64,000 nucleotides of DNA from Candidatus Xenobium occultum (lineage in GTDB: Bacteria > Vulcanimicrobiota > Xenobia > Xenobiales > Xenobiaceae). The stretch's first letter is position 1. Every line of letters starts with the position of its first letter. Of this stretch, positions 23,311-32,652 are shown in pieces. The notes below the pieces were generated by a model, which saw nothing but the letters and a program-made list of their open reading frames with translations, did no database searches and was not told the DNA's origin. The stretch covers positions 61,131-125,130 of the forward strand of contig DIWH01000017.1 in assembly GCA_002423485.1 (NCBI GenBank), read 5' to 3'. Made by a program: the position numbers and the translations under genes.

Positions 23311-24681
23311 TCAGGAGGCCGGTCCGTCGTCCTGGGGAGCGTGTTCAGCCGAGATGTTCCACATGAACAACCACGGAAGGGCGGCCAGGACCGAACAGGC
23401 GATCAGGACCTGAAAGGCCCCATCCCAACCGTACTGGTCGACCAGGTGCCCCAGACCCCAGCCTGAGATGACCCCGCTGAGGTATCCGAAGAAGCCGGTC
23501 ATCCCGATCGCCGTCGCAGCAGCCTTGCGCGTGGCCAGGTCGGCCGTGAAGACCGCGACCAGGAACTGGGGGCCGTAGATCAGGAAGCCGACCGTCAGCA
23601 GGACCAGGGCGTAGGCCCAGGGGTGCCCGTCGGGCAGCTTCCAGAAGGCGAAGATGCAGGCCGTGGCGGCCAGCATGTAGGCGAAGCAGACCGGGGAACG
23701 TCGGCCGCCGAAGAAGCGGTCGGTCAACCAACCCGCCACCAGCGCCCCCACCAGGCCGGCCAACTCGAATCCCGCCATCATCCAGCCGGCTCCGGCCAGC
23801 GAGACCTGACGTTCCTGGAGATAGCTGGGTGCCCAGTTCACGAAGCCGTAACGGACCACGTAGATGAAGAAGTTGGAGATGCAGGCTCCCCAGATGAAGG
23901 GGTTGCTGAAGACCGAGCGGACCAGGAATCTCCAGAACTCACGCAGGCTCTGGTTCTCGGTGGACTGGGGCCGGGCCGCGTCGGCCCCGGAGGACCCTTC
24001 GCCGTGGAAGGCTTCCACCGGCGGCAACCCCACCGAGGCCGGAGTGTCGCGCAGGCGTTCGACCAGCAGCAGGGCCACCGCCGCTGCGATGGCAGCCGGC
24101 ACGTAGAAGATCCAACGCCAGCCGTACCACTCACCCAGGTAGCCGGCCAGGACCAGGATCACGGCCAGTCCGAACTGGTGGGAGGTGTTCCACAGACCCC
24201 AAAAGGTGCCGCGTTCGCGCGGACTGAACCAGTGGGACAGGACCCGGGCGCACGGCGGGAAGCCCATGCCCTGGAACCAGCCGTTCAGGACCCAGCACAC
24301 GATCAGGACCCCCAGGGCCGAGTTCATCCCGAAGGCCACGTTGGCCGCCGCCGACAACAGCAGGCCCAGGGCCATGAAGTAGCGGGCGTTGCAGCGGTCG
24401 CCCAGGAATCCGTTGAGGAACTTCGAGATCCCGTAGACGATGTCGTGAAGGGTCAGGATCTTGCCCAGGTCCGCCTTGGCCAGGCCCAGGTCGCGCTCCA
24501 TGAGGGGAAGGGCCAGGGGGATGTTCTTCCGGACAAAATAGAAGATGGCGTAGCCGATGAACGTCGTGTAGAGTTGCCGGACGCGCCAGTAGCGGAACTT
24601 GCCGCGCATCTCGTCTTCACTCTTGTAGGAGGCAGGTTGGGCGGGAGCGGGTTGGAAGAGTCGCAACAGTCGGCCTGGCAT
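23311..24681 (-). CDS. MFS organophosphate:phosphate antiporter (GlpT/UhpC family)
   Basis: Inner ATG of ORF 23311..24849. YWRVRQLYTTFIGYAIFYFVRKN, GDRCNARYFM, WFSPRERGTFWGLWNTSHQ. About 12 TM helices. Confidence 0.85.
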   Translation of the reverse strand: MPGRLLRLFQPAPAQPASYKSEDEMRGKFRYWRVRQLYTTFIGYAIFYFVRKNIPLALPLMERDLGLAKADLGKILTLHDIVYGISKFLNGFLGDRCNARYFMALGLLLSAAANVAFGMNSALGVLIVCWVLNGWFQGMGFPPCARVLSHWFSPRERGTFWGLWNTSHQFGLAVILVLAGYLGEWYGWRWIFYVPAAIAAAVALLLVERLRDTPASVGLPPVEAFHGEGSSGADAARPQSTENQSLREFWRFLVRSVFSNPFIWGACISNFFIYVVRYGFVNWAPSYLQERQVSLAGAGWMMAGFELAGLVGALVAGWLTDRFFGGRRSPVCFAYMLAATACIFAFWKLPDGHPWAYALVLLTVGFLIYGPQFLVAVFTADLATRKAAATAIGMTGFFGYLSGVISGWGLGHLVDQYGWDGAFQVLIACSVLAALPWLFMWNISAEHAPQDDGPAS

Positions 24682-24841
24682 GATCGAAGGGCCTCGTCGG
24701 GGGAAGTTGGCGCCGGGTTCGAGTCGGTGACCTGCGAACCCTGCCCTTTCGGGTCGCTTCGCCGCGCTGAGGCCCCCGTCAGGTCGTTGTCCCGGGCTGC
24801 AGGGAATCCGGGGGATGTCGTGAAAATTAGGGGCGCCTACC

Positions 24842-25759
24842 ATGAGCAACGCGATTGAGACCCGCCATCTTCGGAAACTCTACCGTCGGCGCCGCGAGCC
24901 CGACCTGTTGGCTTTGGAGGATTTGGACCTGCACGTCCGGGAAGGCGATATCTTCGGCTTCATCGGCCCCAACGGAGCGGGGAAATCCACCACGATCAAG
25001 ATCCTGATCGGTCTGGTCCGTCCGACTGCGGGGGAGGCCCTGCTCTTTGGCGAACCCTGCGGCACCCCCGCCTCCCGCCGTCACCTGGGCTACCTGCCGG
25101 AAACCGCGGTCTACCACGAGTTCATGGCGGTGGGCGAGCTTCTGGACGTGCATGCTCGCCTGGCCGGGGTCGCACCGGCGCAGAGAAAGACGCGCTGCCA
25201 GGAGGCCCTGGAGATTGTCCACCTGGAGGACCGCGCGCAGACCCTGCTTCGCGAGCTTTCCAAGGGCATGCGTCAGCGCTTCGGGATCGCCCAGGCCTTG
25301 ATCGCCAGGCCGCCCCTGCTGGTCCTGGATGAGCCGACCTCAGGCCTGGACCCGTTGGCCCAACTGGACGTCAAGAACATCATCCTGCGCCTGAAGGGTC
25401 AGGGGATCACCATCTTCTTCTCCAGCCATCAGTTGACGGATGTCGAATTGATCTGTGACCAGATCGGCATCCTCCACCGAGGCCGGATGCTCCGCTGCGG
25501 GAACCTGCGCGAGCTCCTGGAAGACTCGGCCGAGGTGGAGGTGCGTTTCCGCGGTGGTCCCGCCCAGCTTCCCGGGCGGGAAGTCCTCGAGCAGGGCGCC
25601 GACCGGGTCGTTCGGCTCCCCCGAGAGGAATCCGACGCCCTGGTGGATCATCTTCGAGAGGCCGGGGCCCACCTGGTCGGCCTGCAGGTGGCCCGGCGCA
25701 GCCTGGAACAGGCCTTTTTCGAGATCACCCGCACCTCGGGAGAGGTGGAGGAACGATGA
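24842..25759 (+). CDS. ABC transporter ATP-binding protein (ABC-2 exporter type)
   Basis: Track ORF. GPNGAGKSTT, LSKGMRQRFGIAQAL, LLVLDEPTSGLDP, FSSHQL. Confidence 0.9.
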   Translation: MSNAIETRHLRKLYRRRREPDLLALEDLDLHVREGDIFGFIGPNGAGKSTTIKILIGLVRPTAGEALLFGEPCGTPASRRHLGYLPETAVYHEFMAVGELLDVHARLAGVAPAQRKTRCQEALEIVHLEDRAQTLLRELSKGMRQRFGIAQALIARPPLLVLDEPTSGLDPLAQLDVKNIILRLKGQGITIFFSSHQLTDVELICDQIGILHRGRMLRCGNLRELLEDSAEVEVRFRGGPAQLPGREVLEQGADRVVRLPREESDALVDHLREAGAHLVGLQVARRSLEQAFFEITRTSGEVEER

Positions 25760-26523
25760 GCCCCGTCCTGGTCCTGGCCCGCCTCTACATCACCGAGTCG
25801 ATGCGCCGGCAGTTGCATCTGATCACGTTGTTCCTGGCCGTACTGATGCTGGTGCTGCCCACGCTGTTCAACGCCTTTGGGATGACCGGTTTCGACCGGG
25901 TCACCAAGGACGTGGGCCTGACCCTGCTCAGCCTGTATGCCGTGGGCATGGCGCTCTTCTTGGGCTCGACGGCCCTGCCGGGCGATCTCGAGCATCGCAC
26001 CCTGCATCCCCTGCTGGCACGTCCCATCTCCCGGATGCAGTATCTGCTGGGCAAATTCCTGGGGTATCTGGTGGTCATGGGCCTGAGCATGGCGGTGCTG
26101 GGTCTGGCCTTGCTGACGGCCCTGGCGGTCCTGGGGACGCGCGCCGATCCCGCGGTGCTGATCCCCGTGGCCCTCTCCGTCCTGGAAGCCGGCGTCCTGG
26201 GGGCTTTCTGCCTCTTCGCCTCGACCTTCTGCAGCCCCGCCCTGGCTGGAGTCCTGGGCTGTTTCCTGTATATCGTCGGCGGGATTCCCCAGACGTTCAT
26301 CACCTTCTTCCTCTCCTCCGGCAGCACGCAGGTGCAGGGAGCCGTGGTCCGGGCGATTCGTCTCTTCATGCCGCATTTCGATGTGCTGCATCTCAAGGAC
26401 CCCATCGTGCATGGGGAGGCCGTTCCGGAGGCCTATCTCCTGGCGGCCGTCGCCTACGGACTGGTCTGGATGCTCCTGTTCCTTCTGCTGGCGGACTGGA
26501 GCTTCGAGAGGCGGGACCTGTGA
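25756..26523 (+). CDS. ABC-2 family permease (NosY/GldF-like)
   Basis: Track ORF. About 6 TM helices. Start overlaps the ATPase stop (ATGA). Confidence 0.7.
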   Translation: MSPVLVLARLYITESMRRQLHLITLFLAVLMLVLPTLFNAFGMTGFDRVTKDVGLTLLSLYAVGMALFLGSTALPGDLEHRTLHPLLARPISRMQYLLGKFLGYLVVMGLSMAVLGLALLTALAVLGTRADPAVLIPVALSVLEAGVLGAFCLFASTFCSPALAGVLGCFLYIVGGIPQTFITFFLSSGSTQVQGAVVRAIRLFMPHFDVLHLKDPIVHGEAVPEAYLLAAVAYGLVWMLLFLLLADWSFERRDL

Positions 26524-27011
26524 GGGCCCTGCGGGTCGTCCTGCTGCTGGTCCTCTTGGGAACGCTGGCCGCGGTGGCGCTGGCTCAGGGGGGGGCGCCG
26601 AGGCAGGAGCACGAGCACGGTCACGAGGCCCCGGAGGCCGGCGTGCACGAGCATGAGCACGGCCAGGAGGCCCCGGAGGCCGGCGTGCACGAGCACGAGC
26701 ACGGTCAGGAGGCCCCGGAGCCCGGCGTGCACGAGCATGAGCACGGCCAGGAGGCCCCGGAGGCCGGCGAGCACGAGCATGAGCACGGTCACGAGGCGAA
26801 GGAGGCCGGCGAGCACGGTCACGATCACGTCCATGGCGAGGGCGAGGATGAGCACAGTCACCTGCCGATCCAGATGTATGCGATCAAGGCCTACTTCCAG
26901 GCGCCTTGGAGGGACTCCACCCAGCCCGGGCGGATAGCCCTGCAGGCAGGCTTGCTCGCTTTGGTGGATGCGGCACTGCTGGCCTGGCTGTGGAGGCGGT
27001 GGTGGCGATGA
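26520..27011 (+). CDS. His/Glu-rich repeat protein with signal peptide and C-terminal TM anchor (putative metal-binding)
   Basis: GTG at 26520 in frame with ORF 25455..27011, overlapping the permease stop (GTGA). VRALRVVLLLVLLGTLAAVALA, then 5 x (HEHEHGQEAPEAGV), HGHDHVHGEGEDEHSH, and C-terminal LALVDAALLAWLW. Confidence 0.7.
   Translation: MRALRVVLLLVLLGTLAAVALAQGGAPRQEHEHGHEAPEAGVHEHEHGQEAPEAGVHEHEHGQEAPEPGVHEHEHGQEAPEAGEHEHEHGHEAKEAGEHGHDHVHGEGEDEHSHLPIQMYAIKAYFQAPWRDSTQPGRIALQAGLLALVDAALLAWLWRRWWR
26605..26814. repeat. five in-frame 42-nt tandem repeats encoding the HEHEHG(Q/H)EAPEAGV units
   Basis: cacgagca(c/t)gagcacgg(t/c)ca(c/g)gaggccccggag(g/c)ccggcg(t/a)g repeated head to tail. 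Confidence 0.85.
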
Positions 27012-27718
27012 AGGGTTGGCGCCTTGGGGTGGTGCTGGTCTTGTTGGGGCTTCTGGCCGGAGCCAACCTTCGGCTCCCGGACTGGCATGATCGCCTCTTC
27101 CGCCCGCCCCTGGAGGGGCGGACCCAGTTGGACGTCTTCCTGGACCTGCTGGGTGAAATGCGGACCTTCGCCGCACGGATGATTTACGTCCGAGGCGACC
27201 TCTACTTCCACGTGATGGAGGGTCAGGGAATCTCCTGGCGGGAGACTCCGGACATCCTGCCCATCTACCGGATTTCCACTCTGCTGGATCCCCACATGGA
27301 GGAGGCCTACGAGATCGCCGCCTTCGACCTGGCCCTGAACCTCGATCGACCCACCGAGGGCCTGGAGTTCCTGGACGAAGGCATGCGTCACAATCCGGAC
27401 TCGGTGCGCCTGTTCCTGACTCGAGCCTTCCTGCTCTTTCAGCTCAAGCGCTATGAGGAGGCCGTGCCTGCGGCGGGCCGGGCCCTGCAACTGGCTGAGG
27501 ATCATCTGGATGCCCTGAACGCGGTCCGCCTTCTGGCACATTCCCAGAATCGGTCCGACAATCTGCGCGACGAGATCCACGCCTTGCGAATCTGGTTGAG
27601 CCTGGAACCGGGGGATCCCTACCCGGTCACCCGCCTCAAGGAGCTGGGCCTCGATCCGGTGGGCTTCTCGGGGGCCGACCTGGGCCGGATGCAGCAGGAG
27701 CCTCCGGCCCGGCCCTGA
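27008..27718 (+). CDS. membrane-anchored TPR-like protein
   Basis: Inner ATG of ORF 26906..27718, overlapping the previous stop (ATGA). N-terminal TM WRLGVVLVLLGLLAGA. TPR-like helices EEAYEIAAFDLALNL.., YEEAVPAAGRALQL. Confidence 0.6.
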   Translation: MKGWRLGVVLVLLGLLAGANLRLPDWHDRLFRPPLEGRTQLDVFLDLLGEMRTFAARMIYVRGDLYFHVMEGQGISWRETPDILPIYRISTLLDPHMEEAYEIAAFDLALNLDRPTEGLEFLDEGMRHNPDSVRLFLTRAFLLFQLKRYEEAVPAAGRALQLAEDHLDALNAVRLLAHSQNRSDNLRDEIHALRIWLSLEPGDPYPVTRLKELGLDPVGFSGADLGRMQQEPPARP

Positions 27719-27727
27719 GGTCCCATC

Positions 27728-28336
27728 TTGGAGTTCCGTGAAGTCATCCGGCGGCGCCGCATGGTTCGCCACTATCGCCCCGATTCGGTCCCCTCGGAGG
27801 TCCTGGAACGGATCCTGGCTGCGGCTCTTCGGGCCCCCAGTGCCGGCTACGCCCAAGGTCAGCACCTGGTGGTGGTGACCGACCCCGCCAGGCGTCTGAG
27901 GATTGCCGAGCTGGCCGGCGAGTCCGAGCACGTGGCCCGGGGCCTGGAACCCTGGCTGTCACGCGCTCCGGTCCACCTGCTCCTGTGTTGCCGGGAGGAG
28001 GACTACCATGAGCGCTATCGCGAGTCGGACAAGGTGCGGCCCGATGGTGAAGAGAGGCCCTGGCCGGTCCCCTATTGGTATCTGGACGCCGGGTGTACCC
28101 TGATGCTGATCCTCCTGGCCGCGGTCGAAGAGGGTCTGGGCGCGGGATTCCTGGGTGGACACCGTCTGGAAGGCGTGGGGCGCCTGCTGGGCATTCCCCC
28201 CGAGGTCCAGGTCCTGGGCCTGGTCACTTTGGGAACTCCAGGGAGAGTTCGCCGGACCCGATCCGAGCGGCGGGGCCCCCGGCCGGTGACCGAGATCCTC
28301 CATCGGGGGCGTTGGAATCCCCCGCCTGCCCGGTAG
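27728..28336 (+). CDS. nitroreductase family protein
   Basis: Track ORF with TTG start. REVIRRRRMVRHYRPD, LRAPSAGYAQG, YWYLDAGCTLMLILLAAVEEGLGAGF. Confidence 0.8.
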   Translation: MEFREVIRRRRMVRHYRPDSVPSEVLERILAAALRAPSAGYAQGQHLVVVTDPARRLRIAELAGESEHVARGLEPWLSRAPVHLLLCCREEDYHERYRESDKVRPDGEERPWPVPYWYLDAGCTLMLILLAAVEEGLGAGFLGGHRLEGVGRLLGIPPEVQVLGLVTLGTPGRVRRTRSERRGPRPVTEILHRGRWNPPPAR

Positions 28337-28415
28337 GAATGAACCCGGCCCGCGACAAATGGGCCGCGCCGAGACCGGTCGCCCGCCAGGCGGACCGACC
28401 CAGGAGGTACCAGCC

Positions 28416-29966
28416 GTGAACCTGGAACGCTGCAGCGGGGTCCTGCTCCATCCGACTTCCCTCCCTGGACCCTACGGAGTTGGAAGTTTCGATCAGGAAG
28501 CCTATGACTGGATCGATTTCCTGGTGGCTTCCCAGCAGACCGTGTGGCAGGTTCTGCCCTTGGGGCCGACAAGCTTCGGGGACAGCCCCTACCAGAGTTT
28601 CAGCACCCACGCTGGAAATCCATATCTCCTGGGGCTGAATCGCATGGTGGCGGACGGGCTTCTGAAAGACTCGGACCTGGCCGGGGTTCGGTCCTTCCCA
28701 GCCGGTCGGGTGGATTTCGGAGGCCTCTTCCACTGGAAGCTGCCCCTCTTGAAGAAGGCTGCCGGGCGCTTTGACGCCTCCGCTCCCACCCCCCAGGCGG
28801 AGGATTTCCGGGCCTTCTGCCAGGCCGAAGCCTGGTGGCTGGAGGACTACGCCCTGTTCATGGCTCTCAAGGACGCCTTCGATTCCCAGGCATGGAATCA
28901 GTGGCCCGAAGGGTTGCGTTTGCGTCGCCCGGAGGCTCTGGACGAGGCCCGTTCGCGGCACGCGCCGGCCCTGCACGCCCACCGTTTCATGCAGTGGGTC
29001 TTCGATCGACAGTGGAAGGCCCTGAGAGACTACGCCAACCAGCGCGGGGTTCAGATCCTGGGCGACCTGCCGATCTTTGTGGCCATGGATTCGGCCGATG
29101 TGTGGACCCAGACCGACCTGTTCCATTTCGACGCCCGGAATCAACCGACGGTGGTGGCCGGAGTCCCACCGGACTATTTTTCGGCCACCGGTCAACTGTG
29201 GGGCAATCCTTTGTACCGCTGGGACCGGATGCGTCAGACCGGGTATCGCTGGTGGATCGATCGCCTGCGCTCGGCGCTGGCCCGCCACGATCTGGTGCGC
29301 ATCGATCACTTCCGGGGCTTTGTCGCCTACTGGGAGGTTTCGGCCGAGGCAGAGACCGCCGTCACAGGGCGCTGGGTTCAGGGCCCTGGATCCGACTTCT
29401 TTCGGGTCCTGCAGCGCGAACTGGGGGAGGACCTGCCCATCGTGGCCGAGGATCTGGGGGACATCACCCAGGACGTCCTGGACCTGCGCGATGAGTTCGG
29501 GCTGCCCGGCATGAAGGTCCTGCAGTTCGCCTTCGGGGGCAGGGCCGACAACCTGTTCCTGCCCCACAACTACACCGAGCCCTTCGTGGCCTACAGCGGG
29601 ACCCACGACAACGACACGTCACGGGGCTGGTATGAATCCAGCAGCACGCCGGAAGAGCGGGACCACTTCCGTCGCTACTTCGCCGCCGACGGTCAGGATG
29701 CGGCCTGGACCATGATTCGGGGGGTCCTGGCCTCGGTGGCCCGGGTGGCCATCGTTCCCTTGCAGGACATCCTGCGGGTCGGGGCGGAGGGGCGAATGAA
29801 CCTGCCGGGTCGAGCCGAGGGGAATTGGCAATGGCGCTTCCAGACGGGCGCCCTGGAGCCCGACCTGGCCGAGCGCCTGGCCGAGGTCTCCAAATTGTAT
29901 GGCCGCGAGCGCGACAAGCCCGCACCGCTCGAGCCCGCAATGACTCCCTCCGGACACGCGTCCTAA
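28416..29966 (+). CDS. malQ: 4-alpha-glucanotransferase (amylomaltase)
   Basis: GTG preceded by AGGAGG, in frame with ORF 28359..29966. RCSGVLLHPTSLPGPYGVGSF, VLPLGPTSFGDSPYQS, GDLPIFVAMDSADVW, RIDHFRGF, IVAEDLG, YSGTHDNDT. Confidence 0.9.
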   Translation: MNLERCSGVLLHPTSLPGPYGVGSFDQEAYDWIDFLVASQQTVWQVLPLGPTSFGDSPYQSFSTHAGNPYLLGLNRMVADGLLKDSDLAGVRSFPAGRVDFGGLFHWKLPLLKKAAGRFDASAPTPQAEDFRAFCQAEAWWLEDYALFMALKDAFDSQAWNQWPEGLRLRRPEALDEARSRHAPALHAHRFMQWVFDRQWKALRDYANQRGVQILGDLPIFVAMDSADVWTQTDLFHFDARNQPTVVAGVPPDYFSATGQLWGNPLYRWDRMRQTGYRWWIDRLRSALARHDLVRIDHFRGFVAYWEVSAEAETAVTGRWVQGPGSDFFRVLQRELGEDLPIVAEDLGDITQDVLDLRDEFGLPGMKVLQFAFGGRADNLFLPHNYTEPFVAYSGTHDNDTSRGWYESSSTPEERDHFRRYFAADGQDAAWTMIRGVLASVARVAIVPLQDILRVGAEGRMNLPGRAEGNWQWRFQTGALEPDLAERLAEVSKLYGRERDKPAPLEPAMTPSGHAS

Positions 29967-30106
29967 GAGCGGGTGGCCATCGACAGGAAGAGGGCCAGCA
30001 GGACCAGCGCGATCTGCATGTTGACGAGATCCATCGCAATTCTCCTCCCGAGGTGTTCTCATGCATTCAGACCCCCAAAGGGGGCCGATGGTTGCTGGGC
30101 GCCCGG

Positions 30107-31723
30107 ATGTCCCTGACCGGATCGGAACCTCGGAGTGACCGGGGGGCCGACGGGGTCCGGGGCCTGAAGGGCCGCACGCTGGGATTCCTGCTGGCCGGGA
30201 CCACCTTGCTGGCACTGGGCTTGCGCCTCTTGGGGGCCCTGGCGCACACCAGCATGGAGGGCGATGAGTTCGTCTACGTTCGGATGGGCCAGGAACTGGT
30301 CGGGGTGTCTCCAGGAGGAGTGCCGCTGGCTCAACCGCTCCTGTTCCCCTACCTGCTGGCCGGAATGCAGGCCCTGGTCGGGGATTGGGAATGGGCTGGC
30401 CGGCTGACGGGGGCCCTGGCCGGGGCCCTGATGGTCCCGGCCCTGGCGGTCTTCGGGCGGGCTGTTCTGGGGTCCTGGGCTCCCGGGCTGCTGGCCGGCC
30501 TGCTGGTCACGCTTCATCCTCTGAATCTCGACCTGGGCAGTCGAGTCATGACCGAGCCGCTCTACCATCTGCTGCTGGTCGTCGCCTGCTGGCAGGCCTG
30601 GCGGGTCCTTCAAGCCCAGGACTCAGAGAGGTTCGCGCAAGCGGCCCTGGGAGGGGTGGCCGTGGCAGCGGCCTGCCTGTCTCGGCGCGAGGGGCGGATC
30701 TACCTGGGGATCCTGGCGCTCATCCTCCTGCTGGAGCTGGCCCGAACCCGCGGCTGGCGCCAGGCCTTGCTGGCCTGTGGGGTCTTCTGTGGCACGGCGC
30801 TGGCCCTGATCATGGGGTCGGACCTGCTGGTCGAGCAGCCGCGCCGAACCCCTCAAATGACCCTGTCCCTCGCCAGCCTGACCCGCACCGGCAGGACGCT
30901 CGTCCTGCCCCTGCTGGCCCCGGGCCTGCTGGTCGTCCTGGCGCCTCGCAGACCTGAAGACGGCTTGCGGCTGGGTTTTCTCGGGGCCATGCTGGCAGCT
31001 CTGCCCGTCCTGGCGATTTTCCCCGACGCCGGCCGGAAGGCCACCGCCCTGCTCCCCTTCCTGGGCTTGTTGGCGGCCGAAGGCGCCTTGCGCTGGGGGC
31101 AGCACCTGCGAAATCGGGCGGTCGGCACCGGCCTGTTGGTCGCGGTGCTGGCCTGCTTCTTCTGTCAGGGACTCTCGGCGCCCATGAGGCCCCACTTCGT
31201 CCCCCCCTGGACCGACCGGGCGGAGGATCGGGCCGCCGGGCAGTGGCTGGCAACCAGGTTGCATCCGGGGGAGGCGGTGTGCGCGTGGGACCATGCCCCG
31301 CCCTACTACGCTTCGGCCGTCTGGTGGCGGCCTTCGTCGGAGCAGGGGGCTTCCCTGGAATCACTCGTGGCAGCCTGCCAGGAGCGTGGCATCCGTTACC
31401 TGGTGGTGGACCGCCGAGCCCCCTGCCGCGATCTACCCGTGGCGGGGCCTCTGGGTGAAGACCCCCGGAACCGTCCGGGCCTTCTCCTCGAGGCAGTCTT
31501 CCCGCTGGAACTCTCCCCTCTGAACAGGTTCCTGTCGGCAGCTCTGACCCGCCGCGGTCTTCGTCCGCCAGAACGAGCCGTGGTCTACCGGGTCGGATCC
31601 GGCTCCTCCACTGAAGGAGCCTGGAGCGGCGGAGGGAATCCCGAATCAGGACAACTTGGGAGGGCGTCAGGCTCGGATGGCAGGGGAAGGCCGGTCGTCC
31701 TCCTTGAAGGTGGGTTTCCGTGA
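30107..31723 (+). CDS. GT39/ArnT-like membrane glycosyltransferase, paralog 2
   Basis: Inner ATG of ORF 29825..31723. EGDEFVYVRMG.., about 10 TM helices, C-terminal soluble domain. Confidence 0.65.
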   Translation: MSLTGSEPRSDRGADGVRGLKGRTLGFLLAGTTLLALGLRLLGALAHTSMEGDEFVYVRMGQELVGVSPGGVPLAQPLLFPYLLAGMQALVGDWEWAGRLTGALAGALMVPALAVFGRAVLGSWAPGLLAGLLVTLHPLNLDLGSRVMTEPLYHLLLVVACWQAWRVLQAQDSERFAQAALGGVAVAAACLSRREGRIYLGILALILLLELARTRGWRQALLACGVFCGTALALIMGSDLLVEQPRRTPQMTLSLASLTRTGRTLVLPLLAPGLLVVLAPRRPEDGLRLGFLGAMLAALPVLAIFPDAGRKATALLPFLGLLAAEGALRWGQHLRNRAVGTGLLVAVLACFFCQGLSAPMRPHFVPPWTDRAEDRAAGQWLATRLHPGEAVCAWDHAPPYYASAVWWRPSSEQGASLESLVAACQERGIRYLVVDRRAPCRDLPVAGPLGEDPRNRPGLLLEAVFPLELSPLNRFLSAALTRRGLRPPERAVVYRVGSGSSTEGAWSGGGNPESGQLGRASGSDGRGRPVVLLEGGFP

Positions 31724-32652
31724 GCACCGACAGCCGTTCCTCGAGCCTTCCCCCACCTCGGTTCCCGAAGCGGGGCTATGACCTGCTGGTCGATCACGAT
31801 GGCCGTGGTTTTCACTACTTCGTCCCCGACACGAGCAAAGGTCCCGGGTTCTTCCATGAACTGCGGCCCGGGGAGGTCGCGGGTCAGTTCGAGCGGGTGC
31901 TGTTGCGGAGGAATCTGACCCTTCCCGTGCTGGCGGCTGCGCTGGCCCTGGTCGTCCTGGCCTTCTCGATGGGCTGGACCAGGCTCGGCCTGGTCCTGAT
32001 TCCCCTCTTCGCCGTCGGAGTGACCTGGCTGGCCGTGCATTCCAGGAAGGCCCGTCAGATGCGGATCTGGTACAACCAGGACCGTCCTGGAATCGCGGCC
32101 AGGTTTGAAGACATCGGAAGAATCTCCAAGGCCCTGGAGGCCTCCCAGAAGGTCTGGATGGTGCTGACCGAGCTTCCAGGCACGCCGGGGACTTTGTGCA
32201 GCGTTCGCCCGGCGGACGTGGGTCGGGTGGCCTCGACGCCACCAGGCTTGAGGATTTCCTCGCCCAAGGGAAGATTCTATCTCCTGCCCGGAGGGATCCT
32301 GGCCTGGAAGCGCGGGGTTGTCTCGTTTGGCCCCTACGAAGCCTGGCACAATCGCTCAGGCCCCGTCCAGATGGCTTTTTCCGGCTCGGTGCCCGAGGAT
32401 TCACCCCATCGGGGGCAACGCCACCAGCACGTGACGCGCTTGGGAAGGCCCGACCCGAATTTCAGCAAGAACCCTGTCCTGCCTTTGGTCGAGTTGGGAG
32501 AGCTGGTCTGGGGCCTGGGCCGCTCCGAGATGCACCTCAGAACCTCTTGCCCCGAGGCGGCCGCCCAGGTGGCCAGGGAGTTGAAGGACATGGCCGGGCA
32601 GGAGGCCCTCGGGGCCCAGCCGCGCTCCTCTTCCTCAGGAGCGCCCGGGTAG
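31720..32652 (+). CDS. two-TM membrane protein of unknown function, translationally coupled to GT paralog 2
   Basis: Track ORF. GTG start overlaps the upstream stop (GTGA). TM hairpin LTLPVLAAALALVVLAF / LGLVLIPLFAVGVTWLAV. C-terminal ..HVTRLGRPDPNFSKNPVLPLVELGELVW. Confidence 0.6.
   Translation: MSTDSRSSSLPPPRFPKRGYDLLVDHDGRGFHYFVPDTSKGPGFFHELRPGEVAGQFERVLLRRNLTLPVLAAALALVVLAFSMGWTRLGLVLIPLFAVGVTWLAVHSRKARQMRIWYNQDRPGIAARFEDIGRISKALEASQKVWMVLTELPGTPGTLCSVRPADVGRVASTPPGLRISSPKGRFYLLPGGILAWKRGVVSFGPYEAWHNRSGPVQMAFSGSVPEDSPHRGQRHQHVTRLGRPDPNFSKNPVLPLVELGELVWGLGRSEMHLRTSCPEAAAQVARELKDMAGQEALGAQPRSSSSGAPG

Noticed and set aside
26605-26814. Regular 42-nt repeats considered as a possible CRISPR-like array
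   Set aside because: The units are directly adjacent with no spacers. They are in frame and encode the HEHEHG..EAPEAGV peptide repeat. No cas genes are present in the window.
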